The notes under the pieces: model-generated
Databases searched by the model: none
The model's input: the letters and a program-made list of their open reading frames with translations, nothing else
Told to the model about the DNA's origin: nothing
Translations under genes and position numbers: made by a program
Assembly: GCA_951406725.2 (NCBI GenBank)
Contig: OX597814.1
Coordinates: 191,022,001 to 191,086,000, forward strand
Reading direction: 5' to 3'
DNA from: Octopus vulgaris
Taxonomy: Eukaryota
Length of the DNA: 64,000 nucleotides
Shown here: one piece after another, positions 41,432 to 55,440 of the stretch
How positions within the stretch are numbered: the stretch's first letter is position 1
Layout: every line of letters starts with the position of its first letter

Positions 41432-41799
41432 TCTCTTTATATATAAACAGCAAAATGTCTGTGTGTGTGTGTGTCCTTTATACAAATTCACAATTTTTCA
41501 GTTAGAGGGCTCACACTTTCTATGGTCGTTCAAAACCATCCAAGGGTGGTCGTGCACATCTTTACATTTCCCCAGTCACCCCGCAAAGCCATTAAAAAAT
41601 CAATAGAAGTGACTTTTTTGTGAATTTTCTATCCAAAACCCAATCAAAATGCCCGAAACTTGATACGCCAATTGAATGCCAGCTCGCTGTATGTGATTGG
41701 TCGGAGATTTGTACAGTACTCGTGTGTATGTGCACATGCACGCAGCTGAATATGCATGCACTAGCACTATGACCCGGCAACGCCGGGTCATAGTGCTAG
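41432..41799 (+). mobile_element. Non-autonomous Helitron (family H1), full-length
   Basis: A^TCTCTTTATATATAAA 5' end, 3' hairpin ending CTAG^T, inserted between A and T with no TSD; second full copy at 60815-61179. Confidence 0.9.
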
Positions 41800-42485
41800 T
41801 TAGTTCATAAAACAAGTAGTCATTTCATTGGCTTACAGCAACTGAAAGGACAATTTGATTTTACAAAGATTTTGCTCAGAACCAACACTCCAGTTTTCTA
41901 CCTTCATATCACTTTAATATATTGATATTGATGATGATATGAAATTCTATTATAGTAAATTTACTGTTCCAGACAAAAAGATAAAGTTATGTAAAAATTA
42001 GATATGGAGGAATTATACCCAGAGGTGATATATCTTTAAAAACGTGAAATTTGATAAAATTTGTAACAATCAAAGAGTTTTGCATCCACAAGGGAAATCA
42101 TTTGAAAATATCTAGTAGCAATGGTAAAAGCAAAATAGTGAGATTAAACTGGGAGATTTTCTTGTCACTAAAATCATGAGGAAATTAGAAATATTAAAAT
42201 TTCATTATTTATATTGTGCACTAACACAGCTACATCTAAACAGCTTCCTTTCATAAATGTGTATTGCTGAATATTTGACTTCTCAAAGAGAAATTATTTC
42301 GTTATGACAAAAAGCTATAAATGTTTTATGTAATAGGTACTGGCAAGGCTATGTAGATAAAGCCTTCACTTTGCAACCATGTGGTTTCAGTTTGATGCTA
42401 TGGTGTGACACTATCTTGAACTACAATCCTAGTTCAACCAATGCCTTGGGTGACCCAAGTGAAATTTGGTTGCAAGAAACTATAC

Positions 42486-42684
42486 GTATTTCTTTATTGC
42501 CCACAAGGGGCTAAACATAGAGAGGACAAACAAGGACAGACAATCTGGTACTTAATTTATCGACCTCAAAAGGATGAAAGGCAAAGTCGACCTCAGCGGA
42601 ATTTGAACTCAGGACGTAACGGCAGACGAAATAGCACTAAGCATTTCGCCCGGTGCACTAACGTTTCTGCCAGCTCGCCGCCTT
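42486..42684 (-). mobile_element. SINE family B with 22-bp TSD
   Basis: TSD ATTTGGTTGCAAG(A/G)AACTATAC at 42464-42485 and 42685-42706; body is the reverse complement of 45824-46054 with an internal deletion. Confidence 0.88.
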
Positions 42685-43750
42685 ATTTGGTTGCAAGGAA
42701 CTATACTAAGAGAACAATGTGGGTGCATGTATCATCATCATCTTCTTAATGTCTTTTTTTTCATGCTTGCATACATCCAACAAGACTCACGGAGGCAGAT
42801 TTTTGATGGCTGGATGCTCTTCTTGTTGCCAACCATCACCCGTTTCTGAGTGAGATATTATTTCTCCTAAGTCCTTCAAACACAACCAGCCCAATGACCA
42901 GACATTTCTCAGAAAGACTGCAAATGAACTACTGCTTGTATGAGAGTAACTGTTAACAATTAGTGTATGACATCCAGACAATAAAACACAAACACACACT
43001 TGCACCCATGCATGTGCACACACAATGGGTGTCTTTCAGTTTCAAGCAACCAAATCCACTTCCAAAGATTTGTTTGACCTGGAGCTGTAATAGAAAACAC
43101 TTCCATACAGTAGGACTGACTCCAAAAGTACATGGTTGAGAAGCAAACCAGACAGCTATGCTTGCACCTATTGTATATGTGTGCACAAATATGTGTGTCT
43201 CCTCCATACAGTGATACCACTTGGGTACAATAACATTTGTTCTACATAATACCCTGTAGTGCAGTGATTTCATAGTTGAAGAGCTGGGGAATGAGGAACC
43301 TTAGTTGAAAATAAATAAGGAATGGCCCCAGAAAGAGTAATTGGCCATAGAATACTACTTCAAGAATTCTTGTCCAGCCTTGACAGCAATAAAAAAAGAC
43401 ACAAATGATGATTCTAATTTTGGCACAAGGTCAGAAATTTTTGAGGTGGGGGAGCGGGGAGTTGATGTACTTGACTGACTTTATTTTATCAACCACCAAA
43501 AGGATAAAAGAGGCAAAGTTGACCTCAGCATTAATTGAAATTAGAACATAAAGAAAACCAAGAGAAATGCCACAAAGCTTGTCACCTTAGACAGAAGAAT
43601 TATATATACTGAACTTTTTGATGAATATTAAAAAGCCATAGAAATTACGCAGGGTTGAAATTTAATGAGAAACATAGGTCTTACTTAAGAATTAGTTATA
43701 ACCCAAAAGTTTCAAATGTGTTCAAGCCACAAGTTGTTGATTAACCCAAA

Positions 43751-43845
43751 CTAGCACTATGACCTGGCAACGACGGGTCATAGTGCTAGTGCATGCATAT
43801 ACAGCTGCATGCATGCGCACATACACGCGAGTACTGTACAAATCT
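43751..43845 (-). mobile_element. Helitron H1, 3'-end fragment
   Basis: Terminal hairpin plus ~55 bp matching the reverse complement of 41706-41760. Confidence 0.85.
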
Positions 43846-44424
43846 TGCAGTGTATCTGTCAGAAGTTGTAATGAATAGTATCAGCAATTTGAAAAAAAAA
43901 ATAAATGGAAACTATTTCCTTGAAGATCAACCACAACACCACTATGCAATCCTGACTGATCAAAAGCATTCCAGTTGAGATCATCCTATCTTCTTTTGCA
44001 AGAGTGATATTTGGCTGTTTTTTTTTTTAGCAGGTTGAATGACATTTACAAAAGCAACTTCTTAAAGCAACGTATAAGATCAGATATTTGCAGTAAGACA
44101 ATTAGCTGAACAAAGTATTCTGTGCAAACATCAGTTATGGGTGGGCCACAGAACTAGTAAAAAGAATTGGCAAATGTCCTTCAGCAAATAAGCTATAATG
44201 ACTAAATGCAGTTTTATTTCAAAAAATTAAATACTTAGTTATACACCTAATTTGGGAAATATTTGCTATCGTGACCAAAAATCAGTCCATGAAATACATT
44301 TAATATAAAAAGCTTTCTTATATTAATGAGTCAACATTATAGCAAGGTGAAAGATGGAAAGTATTTAGATATCATGCATGGACCCTCCTTTTGACCAGAA
44401 TTTCCAGACAAGATGGAACCAGAA

Positions 44425-44755
44425 CATCATAATCATCGTTTAACGTCCGTTTTCCATGCTAGCATGGGTTGGATGGTTCGACTGGGGCCTGGGAAGCCAG
44501 GAGGTTGCGCCAGGCTCCAGTCTGATCTGGCAGTGTTTCTACAGCTGATGCCCTTCCTAACACCAACCACTCCGTGAGTGTAGTGGGTGCTTTTTACGTG
44601 CCACCGGCACAGGGGCCAGAGGAGGCTGGCAAACGGCCACGATCGGTTGGTGCTTTTTACGTGTCACCAACACAGACGCCAGTCAGGCGGCGCTGGCATC
44701 AGCCACATACAGATGGTGCTTTTTACATGCCACCAGCACGGGTATCACAACTACA
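44425..44755 (-). mobile_element. RTE 3'-end copy
   Basis: (CAT)n tail and three GGTGCTTTTTAC.TG units. Confidence 0.85.
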
Positions 44756-45823
44756 TTAGTTCAATTATTGTATTAACTGTTTCAATATCAACCTGGCTGA
44801 GATCCCCTCCTGGGTTTATAATACAAACTTCCTGCTTTAAAATGATCAAAATTAAAACCTATTGAAATTCCATGTTAATATTCTATTTACTAAATTCTTC
44901 ATAATTTTCGAAATTAATTGAAACAATGGCAGTCCATTTCATCAAAAATATGGTAATGAAAAGGTTTAATAATCTTTTAATATTTTAAACAATGTCAATT
45001 GCTTCACTGAGTGGTTTTGTGTATCCGTTTGTGTGAACTATTTCTATTTAATTATTTCAATTAACAAGTAGGAAGAACTACTAATGTTGCTCTCTGACTT
45101 TGTTCAATTTTCTCATCTCTGCTAAGCCAACAAGATCTGGTTAGAGAGTGGAAGAAACAAACCCAAAGACTACTACTATACTGCACACTAAAAACAGAAA
45201 CCACTGCAGGGAATGTTGTATGTCCTTAGCTAGACAGTTCTATGTGACAACTGAATCCGTAGACCACATCAAGTCATTCACCTAACTTTATGAGCCAAGA
45301 AGGGAACCTCTGTGTGGTTACTACACTCTCTAGAAATAGCAACAAAATCTCACTTTAAAATGGTGCTAAAGTACAATAACCAATATTCTCCATCTTGTAA
45401 GCATCCTAAAAACAGTAAGTGAGGGGAGGAAAGTGAGATAATGACATCTAGACAATTTGTAACAAACATATGAAGTTTTTTGCTTATTAATTCCTACTTG
45501 CGCCATTCATCATTGACACATTGTGTGAAAGCCACTAATGCAAAAATTTTAAACAAATAGATTTCTGACACTTTATTTTTTTATAGACAATTCCAAGAAC
45601 CTAGCCTTCAGCAACAAAGAAAATTGTTGATTCTATAACTAGTAATTCTGTTCAATAATTGTTCAATAAAGTCCAAGTCTTTTCTTTCCTTCAGAACTTC
45701 ACATAATTGTTCCTAATACAAACATAAGGCTCAAAATTGTAAGTGCAATGGTTAGATTATACTGATCCCACTACTTGACTAGGTGGTGGGGTTATTTTAT
45801 TGATCTCAGAGATGGACACACAG

Positions 45824-46054
45824 GGTGGCGAGCTGGCAGAAACGTTAGCACGCCGGGCGAAATGCTTAGTAGTATTTCGTCTGCCGTTACGTTCTGAGTT
45901 CAAATTCCACTGAGGTTGACTTTGCCTTTCATCCTTTCGGGGTCGATAAATTAAGTACCAGTTACACACTGGGGTCAATGTAATCGACTTAATCCGTTTG
46001 TCTGTCCTTGTTTGTCCCTTCTGTGTTTAGCCCCTTGTGGGTAGTAAAGAAATA
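45824..46054 (+). mobile_element. SINE family B (tRNA-like head, GCCTTTCATCCTTTCGGGGTCGATAAA central domain, hairpin/A-rich tail)
   Basis: 10-bp TSD GGACACACAG (45814-45823, 46055-46064); B-box-like GAGTTCAAATTCC. The central motif resembles the MetaSINE-type conserved domain (from recall, unverified). Confidence 0.88.
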
Positions 46055-46804
46055 GGACACACAGTTACTGGCATTCTGTTGGTTACAACAATGTATGTCT
46101 CAGCTAATCCAATCAACGGAACAACCTGCTCACAGAATTAACATGCAAGTGGTTGGGTACTCCACAAACACACACACCCTTAACGTAGTTCTCAGGGATA
46201 TTCAGCATAATACAGAGTGTATCAAGACTGGCCTTTTGAAGTACAGGTACTAGTCATTTCTCTCAGGTGAGTAGACTGGAGCAATGTGAAATGAAGTGTC
46301 TTGCTCAAGGACATGACACGCCATCAAGTATAAAACTCACAACCTTATCATCATGAGCCAAAGATCCTAATCACTTAGCCATGTGCCTTCAAGGTAAAAC
46401 TGACCACAGCAGGATTTGAACCCAGAACATGAGCTATAGCTAACCATCACAAAATATTTTATCTGGCACTAATGATCCTAGCAATATAATGCTTATGGTC
46501 ACATAAGCAATATAATGCTTATGGTCACATTTAACCAGAGCTTTAAAGAAACCTGTTTCTATAATGAGTTCCCAAACACCAGCTCATAATAGCATGAAAC
46601 AAAAATAGTTACAAATATTTCACTAAAATAAATACAACAGAATCAACAGGGCATTAACCTGAAGGCTACTCTGTTGTGTATAAATAGAAAGAAAATATTT
46701 TCAAATTGAGAGTGAGACCAAATAAATGATGAACTCTTACACATCACACAATGACCTTTTTCTCAGCAACAGAACGACTGTGAGCTTCAAAAGATATCAC
46801 CAAA

Positions 46805-46840
<36 letters not shown>

Positions 46841-47219
46841 TAAGCTGACATGCCAGTCTTAAATTTACCAAAATACATATACTTAACTGATTAAGTATAG
46901 TTAAAATATTAGTGTCATATTTCAAACTATGTTACCATTTACCAAATTAATTGGTACAAAAGAACACTGATATTAAAGTCAATCGGTCAATATTGCTGAT
47001 GTCAGTAGAATATTCTGATATAATGGCAAAACTGTGTTAAATAGCAACAATAATATATAAAATTGGTTTATACTGCCAAGGTCATAAAAGAAGTAGAATT
47101 TGTTTTATATAATAAAAAACGATTTTTTTTTTGTAAAATAATGTAAAGTAGACTTGCTTTGAAGATTTTCTTTTCATATATTTTGCTTGTAACATTTAAT
47201 AATGTTCATAGCTCAACAG

Positions 47220-47500
47220 ACTTTCATTGTATGATCAATATCACATCCTCCCTCCGTTAATTTTTATTTCACATGTTCACAATCCTGGAAAAGTGCATCG
47301 AATAGACTCCTTTGTTGATGCAGCTTTCTTTTCGGCATTTGGTTTTTCCAAAGAATGCTGTTGCACCATCCTCTATTTTTTTATAGATCTTTGTTTATAG
47401 TTCAATGTCATGAGATTGCAGCAATTCTGTAACAGTCTCCTTGTCCATCTCTCCAAATCAAAACTACAATCTGTCATTGTTGAATAATTTCAGTTTTGAA
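47220..47500 (-). pseudogene. Tigger/pogo transposase C-terminal relic
   Basis: Minus strand reads FGEMDKETVTELLQSHDIEL, like the Tigger GF..D..DV.ELL.SH..ELT motif; frameshifted. Confidence 0.55.
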
Positions 47501-47519
47501 ACCTTTGGTATAATAAGCA

Positions 47520-47823
47520 CATCGTCATCATCATCGTTTAACGTCTGTTTTCCATGCTAGCATGGGTTGGACGGTTCGACCGCGGTCTGGGAAGCCAGGA
47601 GGCTGCACGAGGCTCCAGTCTGATCTGGCAGTGTTTCTACAGCTGGATGCCCTTCCTAACGCCAACCACTCCATGAGTGTAGTGGGTGCTTTTTATGTGC
47701 TACCAGCACAGGTGCCAGGGGAGGCTGGCAGCAGTCACAATTGGTTGGTGCCTTTTACGTGCCACCGGCACAGAAGCCAGTCAAAGCAGCGCTGGCATAG
47801 GCCACATTCGGATGATGCTTTTT
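47520..47823 (-). mobile_element. RTE 3'-end copy
   Basis: (CAT)n tail and diagnostic UTR. Confidence 0.85.
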
Positions 47824-48474
47824 AAATATTGGCATGGCTGTGTGGTTAAGAAGTTTGCTTCCCAACCACATAGTTCTAGATGCCTTATATATTACACCAT
47901 GAGAAAGTGCCTTCTTCTATAACCCCATGCCAACCAAAAGCCTTGTAAATGGATTCAGTTCACGGAAACAAAGAAGCCCATTGTATATATTTGTGTGTGT
48001 GTGCTTGTATTCCCTTGCCCTCACACAGCGTAACTGTAAATGAGCGCAATTGTCACACAAGCAGTGTCATTCACTTTCAATATATTCTGTGAAAACATGT
48101 CTGGCTTTGAGGAAAATATTATTTTGTTTGGAAAGAGGTAAGGGTTTCTGCTCACAGGAGGAAGAGCATCTGACCATAGAAAATCTACTTTAATAAACTC
48201 CATCTGACGCATGAAAGTATGGAAAGGTGGACATTAAAATGATGACGCTGATGATAATGTATGTTCTTTGTCATGATTTCATCCTATGTATCAACAAGAG
48301 AATTTTTTTTTTCTTTTGTAGATTTGAACTTTTCCTAAATTCAGTTTACATCATAAATGAATGTTCTCTGGTGTCAAAATGAGAGGCAACACCTTTATTT
48401 CAACTTTCTCACACAAACCATCTAAGAAATCTTTGGGTGACCTGTGGCACTGTCTATAATGAATAACACCTTGA

Positions 48475-48671
48475 CCGTTTTACATTTAAACCAGCCATAT
48501 CCAGCTTAAATATTGTTTTGTTAGCACTGGCCAGATCTGACCTCCACAACAATATCATTCTAAAAATAAGCAATTACATCATTGAAATCTCAAAGCTACA
48601 AGATAATTAAATGAAAAACAATGTGAATAAATAAGCATTACATTTAACCAAGTAATCTGAATGCTAAAGGG
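48475..48671 (-). mobile_element. piggyBac-type MITE P2
   Basis: ...GAATGCTAAAGGG-TTAA terminus and P2 interior. Confidence 0.75.
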
Positions 48672-49585
48672 TTAAAAGCCAGAATCTGAGACTTTGAACA
48701 ATTCTCAACCTTAGAATAGAAACAAAATTTTGAACCAGACTTCAAAAAGCAATTTGGTCATCCAAACATTTTTCATGAGAATATCAACAAACAAGTAAGA
48801 AATGTTGGCTGAAACCTCAAAGCATCTATAGATTTTGTTAGCCAATAAATCAACAGAGGATTTAATATATAATCTACTGTAATATATCCTCTCAGAAATT
48901 TTGAATCCTGTCATTTTATTTTTTCCTTTTATTTACTGTGCGCGTGTTGTTTTTTTTTTTGTCATCCCGCCATCACTTGACAACTGATGTTGGTTTGTAT
49001 ACATCCCCATAAGTAAAAAGTTCAGCAAAATAAAGAATCAGACTTAAAAACCTTCAAGGTCATGCTCCAGCATGGCCACAGTCCAATGACTGAAACAAGT
49101 AAACGATAATTTTCTTTTATTATCTACTTCCAAACCAAATGAGTTCCAACAACATTAAATATTTTTGCAATGACATACTCCTCTTCCTCCTCCTATAATC
49201 TTAATTATCACATAACAATCAGCTGCAAATATGATTTATATTTGCACTTTCATCGACCACTTCAGCATTATAGAACCATGTTAATTATTATTTTTTTTTT
49301 TTACTTATTTTTCAGTGATAAACTACCTAGTACTTGTAAAACTTTCTAGAATGTTCACTTCATTTTGATTTATTTCCTTTCTCCATTTTTGTAAATCTCA
49401 AACAGCTTATTGTTTTTGGTCTAACAGCTTTGTGTTAAGTTTATGCATTTCTGATTACAGTCTTTCATTCATAATGAAAGTAAGTACATTTCAACTATTG
49501 TAGTTCATCTTCTGGATATTTGTAGACAAGAAAGATGATGATGAAGCACTTAGGCCTTGTAGTATGTTAATATTTTCTCCAGAAT

Positions 49586-49729
49586 CCACCAAGGTCGACT
49601 TTGCCTTTCATCCTTTCGGGATTGATTAAGTCAGTACCAGTTACGCACTGGGGTCGATGTAATTGACTTAATCCTTTTGCCTGTCCTTGTTTGTCCCCTC
49701 TATGTTTAGCCCCTTGTGGGCAATAAAAA
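49586..49729 (+). mobile_element. SINE family B, 5'-truncated, 17-bp TSD
   Basis: TSD AATATTTTCTCCAGAAT at 49569-49585 and 49730-49746; ends GCCCCTTGTGGGCAATAAAAA. Confidence 0.9.
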
Positions 49730-51737
49730 AATATTTTCTCCAGAATAATTTGTACTGTACTTATGAATCTTTATTAGCACATCACACAAAATGCTTAAAG
49801 GCATTTCTTCCGGCTTCACATTCTGAGATCAAATGCAGCTGAGGTCACCTTTGCCTTTCATCCTTTCGGGGTTGATAAAATAAGGACCAGCTGAGTACTG
49901 GGGGTTGATGTAATCGACCAGCCCCTTTCCCAAAAATTCCACTCCTTGTGTCTGTAATAAAAAGGATTATCAAAGCAGTGTGCTGGCAATCATTAGCATG
50001 CTGGAAGCATTTTGTCTGTTTATGTTCCAAGTTCAAATTACACCTGTATTGACTTTTTACTGTTTCAGGGTTGGTGAAATGAGTACCAGTTGAGTACTGG
50101 GGTTGATGTAATCAACTAGCCCCCTCTCCCCAAAACTCAGGCCTTGTGACTATAGTAGTAAGCATTATTATTATCATTTTTATGCATTTTGTGAAGAACA
50201 GCATTGTTGGTTATAAAACTCCAAAGGACAGTCACAGGATTTTTGACAGAATCACAAAGAAGTGTTCATACAGAGAAAGCAAACTAAACACAAGCTAATT
50301 CATGTTTTAAAACCTCTTTTTTTTTTTTTTAGTCTTTCTCTGCCAATGAAAGGAAGCAGTAAGCTTGGCTGTATGGTTAAAAAGTTTACCTCGCAACCAT
50401 GTACTTTCAGGTTCAAATCCAGATCAAAGTGTTTACTGATACCAAATTCAAGGTCATAGAAAATTTCATAAAAATTTTTGTTATTGCTGCTTTCTTAAAA
50501 CTGCAACATCAACTACCCTACCAATTAGAGAGAGGTAATTTCTTTAAGATGAGTTATCTAGTTTACAGTCTGTTTGTGTGTCTCTTTGACATCAAAATTT
50601 CCTATGGCAAAAATGCTTACAAGTTTTTCAGACACGCTAATTCAACGCTATTGCTTTCAATGAATTTCTCAAAAGTATCAGACCACTGGGGAATGAAACA
50701 GGAGAGCAAGTTCCCAATAGTTCCAGATTTATACAAGTTGTACCAATCAATGGTACTTGTTTCAGTTTTAGAGTATTAAATGGTTAATTTGACCTCAACA
50801 GGATTTGAACCTAACAAATTAAGGTTTTAAACTGGTTACAAATATGTGTCAATTCCAGTACTATGATGTACTAACTTGAACATCTTGTTAAAAATGTTGA
50901 TTAAATTTTCCCTTTAAAATAAGGCTGTAACAACTATTTACCCTTTTCCTTTACTAATTATCATATCCTATGAGGTTAGTTTTTATACAAACATACAATC
51001 TTTAAAATCTGCTTTCTTCTGTCAATACTCCTACACAAAACTCGAAACTCTAAGCCATCTAGAAAACATGACAAAGAAAAGTGAAACAATATTTCTGATG
51101 AAAAATAATATCTTTTCATATTTTTACCATCACCACAACTGCCACCAACCCAGTTGTTGTGAAAGCAAGATCTTCAATGAATTAGTATTATTGTTGTTCT
51201 ATAAACAGTTTTTTTAATCAAATTTTTGGAAGAAAATATTTAATCATGGACGAAACAAAAGCTTACAAGTTAATCTAAATATTTAGATTTTTCGACATTT
51301 AAGAAAATATACTATTAGAATGAAATACTTCATTTGAATATGACTGACTGTCATTATGAGTTTCGGTTAATAAATGGAAGCTGACAAGAGAGAAGTGGAT
51401 ATTTATAAAATAATTTCAATTTACTTCTGGACAAGAACACAAAAATATGAAGCCAATTAAAAACCTCTTGTATGCTAAATAAATAACAAGCATTGAATAC
51501 ACCAGAAATTAACTGTATTACAATATAGATATAAGCATGGCTGTGTGGTTAAGAAATTTTCCTTAACAACAATATGGTTTCAAGGTTCAGACCCACTATG
51601 TGGCATCTTGGGATATTATTCTTTTACTGCAACCCTGGACCAACCAAAGCCTTCTGAATTTGGTGGGTAGAAGAAAAGAAGCTTTCTGTGTATAATCATC
51701 ATCATCAAATGCGTGTGTGTGTGTGCACATGCATGCA

Positions 51738-52035
51738 CCAACCACATGGTTCCAGATTCAGTCCCACTGTGTGGCACCTTGGGCAAGTGTCTTCTACTAT
51801 AGCCTTGGGCCGACCAAAGCCTTATGAGTGGATTTGGTAGACAGAAACTGAGAGAAGCCCGTCGTGTGTGTGTGTGTGTGTGTCACCCTACCATTGCTTG
51901 ACAATCGATGTTGGTGTGTTTACGTCCCTATAACTTAGCGGTTCGGCAAAAGGTACTGATAGAATATGTACTAGGCTTACAAAGAATAAGTCCTGGGGTT
52001 AATTTGTCAAATGACTGAAAAAAATAAAAGAATAG
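51738..52035 (+). mobile_element. SINE family A
   Basis: CORE-like centre, (TG)n and second module. Confidence 0.88.
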
Positions 52036-52304
52036 AATGCACATATGTTTGTACCTCCTTGTCTTGGTACTGTGTGAGAGTTGAAAATAACTGTCACTAC
52101 CATACAGATGGTGTCATTCGTTTCCAATATTCTAAGCAAACATATCTGGCCATGAGGAAATATTACCTTGCTTGGAAACAGGTGAGGATTGGAAACCTGG
52201 CCATAGAAAATCTGCCTTTAATAAATTCCAACTGACCAATGTGAGCAAAGACAAAGCTGACGTTAAAACAACGATGATGAAGACATATAAATTGTAGGGA
52301 GACA

Positions 52305-52782
52305 GTGACAAGTGACCAAGACCTTTGGTAATATACCATGTTTGAAAGGTAGCGAGCAGGCAGAATTGTTAGAATGCCGGAGAAAATGCTTAGCAGTACT
52401 TTGTTCTGAGTTCAAATTCCGTGGAGGTCGACTTTGCCTTTCATTCTTTCAGGGTTGATAAATTAAGTACCAGTCCTCCCCCAAAATTTCAGGCCTTGTA
52501 CCTAGAGTAGAAAAGAATACACCATGCTTGAGAAGACCTGTTAAGCAAGTGATATCGTAGTCGTGGCCAATGCTGGTGTTTCATAACTGGTACCCAAGCC
52601 AGTGGTGTGTAAAAAGCACCCACTACACTCTTGGGGTAATTGGCGTTAAGAAGGGCATCCAGCCATAGAAACCACACCAAATCACACTGGAACCTGGTGC
52701 AACTCCACAGCTAACCAGTTTTCAGTCAAACCATCCAACCCATGCCAGCATGGAAAACGAATGTTAAATGATGATGATGATG
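52305..52782 (+). mobile_element. RTE 3'-end copy interrupted by a family-B-related SINE (~52346-52515)
   Basis: ORF end VTSDQDLW*YTM/LEKTC is split by the insert, with a degenerate TSD AATA(T/C)ACCATG(T/C)TTGA; (GAT)n tail. Confidence 0.75.
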
Positions 52783-53654
52783 AACAGGGTCATTTAAATA
52801 AAGATAATTTTCCAGACAACAAAAAAAGAAAAAATGCACACAAATAGACATTGCATTTTCCATTTTTTTCCTATGAAGAGTGTTGATAAGATTATTAATT
52901 TATCCTTCAATCTCGTCTTGTTTTAGCATCATTTCTCATCTTGGTTCCTTCTGATAAACTGCTAACCTGTCAACAATTCTTGTGTCATAATTAGAGTAGC
53001 CTCAGTTGCAAGCGAAAACACGTGAGAAAGCAATTTGTATGACATATCTGGTTAGATGATTGTCTAGATAAAACATGTATCCACATCAAATCTGCAATAT
53101 GAAGACAAGTATTTAGCAGTGTTAGTAGAAGATAATCCCAAAAAGAATGTTCAAGTCTAACATTTCTTCTTAGACTTAATGGAGAATTAGAAAAAAAATT
53201 ATTGAGAGTTTTTGGATACAATAGTTTTGTTATTATTCATAAGGAAAATTTCTATCAGTTATTCAAGAATCCAGCTGAAAAGGATATTCAATATATAAGC
53301 ATGTGCACAGCTGTGCAATAAGAACTGTGCTTCCCAACAACATGGTTCCAGGTTCAACTGTGCAGTACCTTGGACAAGTGTCTTCTACAATAGTCTCAGG
53401 CTGTCCAAAGTCTTGAGTAGATTTGGTAGACAGAAACTCTGTGTGTATGTGTGTTCCACACTACTTCTTCACAATCAGTGTTGGTGTGTACATGTCTCCG
53501 TAATTTAGCAGTTAAGCAAAAAAGACCGATGAAGTACCAAGCTTAAAAAATAAGTTCTGGGGTCGATGCGTACAACTATAATTCTTCAAGGCAGTACCCC
53601 AGCATAGCTGCAGTCTAAATGATCGAAACAAGTAAAATATAAAGGAAAAACAGG

Positions 53655-53696
53655 CACATCAGTGCCTATAATATGCATATTATAGGCACTGATGTG
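53655..53696. repeat. Perfect 42-bp palindrome without spacer
   Basis: CACATCAGTGCCTATAATATG|CATATTATAGGCACTGATGTG. Confidence 0.95.
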
Positions 53697-55028
53697 GCTG
53701 TGAGGTTAAGAAGCCTGGTTCCCAACTATGTGGTTTCAGATTCAACTCCGCTGTACAGCACCTTGAACAAATGCCTTCTACTGTAGACCCTGGTCAACCA
53801 AAGCCTTGTGAGTGGATTTTGGTAGAGGAAAACTATGCTCACACGTACACACACACAAGCCAATCACACTAATGTGTGTGTGAGCCCATCTGACCCAGGC
53901 AAGCATGGAAAAGAGGATTTTAAATGTCGATGATGATTGTGTTTGAGTACAATAGTGTAAACTAATCAAAAATAAAAGAACTGTTTTATACTAATTGACG
54001 TTCTACATATGAAGTTTAGATTGTGATAAAAACCTAGATTACTTTGTGAAACTAAAAACAATTCCCAAAACACTGAACTACATCTGTGACATTTTATGCT
54101 GAACTAAATGAAAATCATCAACATAAACATGAAAATTCTAATTTAGAATCACTAACAAGATTTAGATAAACTTTTTCACCCTGCTCAAAACACACAAATA
54201 CAATTATGTAGACAAAGAAGTGATATCTTCATGTGTGTGTGTAAATGGTATTAACGAACACAGGAAGGTAATGTGTGTGTGTTACAGTTTCCTTGTCTCT
54301 ATACTGTGTGATAGTTGTAAACAAGTATCTTCAGATGCAAGTGGTCTCCATTTCCAATCTTCCATGGAAACATGCACAGCCATGGGGAAATATTACCATC
54401 CTTGGAAACAGGTGAAGGTTGGTGAAAGAAAGAGCATTCAGATGTAGAAATTGCACTTCAACAAATGTCATCCGACCCACCCATGCAAGCAAAGAAGAAT
54501 AGATATTGAAATGATGATGACGATGATTAATGAATAAACATTGTGCAAAAACAAGTCTAGCCATTGGAAAATATTACCTTGTTTGGAAACAAAGGTTGGT
54601 GATAGAAAAGGCATTTGACCATAGAAAATTTGCCTCGTTAACCTCTGCCTAATCCATGCAAGCATGGAAAAGTGGTCATGATGATCAATGCTGCTTGAAT
54701 GGAATTTGATAGATTCCTTGTAACAGATTTCCACTAGTCGTATCATTATCAAATTCTCTACAAATAGTGCTTTTGGGAAGCAGCTGCTATTCTTTTAGCC
54801 AATGTTAGCAGTCTTACAATGAGAGCATGTCTAATGAAATACATTAATATTGAAAATTTTGTCTTGCTACTTAATACCAAAAATGATTCTGCAGATACTT
54901 TGGTTTGGCAATATGCCCATGGCAAAGTGTATATTTTTCTCAAATGAGTACAACAGGCAGCTCATCAATTCTATCTGGCATGAGAAAACACATTTCACTC
55001 AACCAATATAGTCTTTTTAAGTTGTAAT

Positions 55029-55062
<34 letters not shown>

Positions 55063-55071
55063 ACACACACA

Positions 55072-55440
55072 ATCATCATTTAATGCCTGCTTTCAATCCT
55101 GGCATGGGTTGGACAGTTTGGCTGAAACCTGGTAAGCTGAAGGCTGCACCAGGTTCTGATCTGATTTGGCAAGGTTTCTATGGCTAGATGCCCTTCCTAA
55201 CACCAACCACTGAGTGTAATGGGAGTTTTTTTACATGCCACCGGCACAGGTACCAATAACTTGACACTGGCATCGGACACAACTATGGTCTCACTTGGCT
55301 TGAGAGGTCTACACAAGCATGGCATATCGCCAAAGGTCTTGGTCACCTGTTACTGCCTCCTTGAGGCTCAACACTTGAACGATGCTTTTCACATGCCACT
55401 AACATGGGTGCCAGTCAGACAGCACTGGCAACAGCCATGA
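55072..55440 (-). mobile_element. RTE 3'-end copy
   Basis: (CAT)n tail, UTR, and ORF-end motif GACCAAGACCTTTGGCGATATGCC on the minus strand. Confidence 0.8.
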
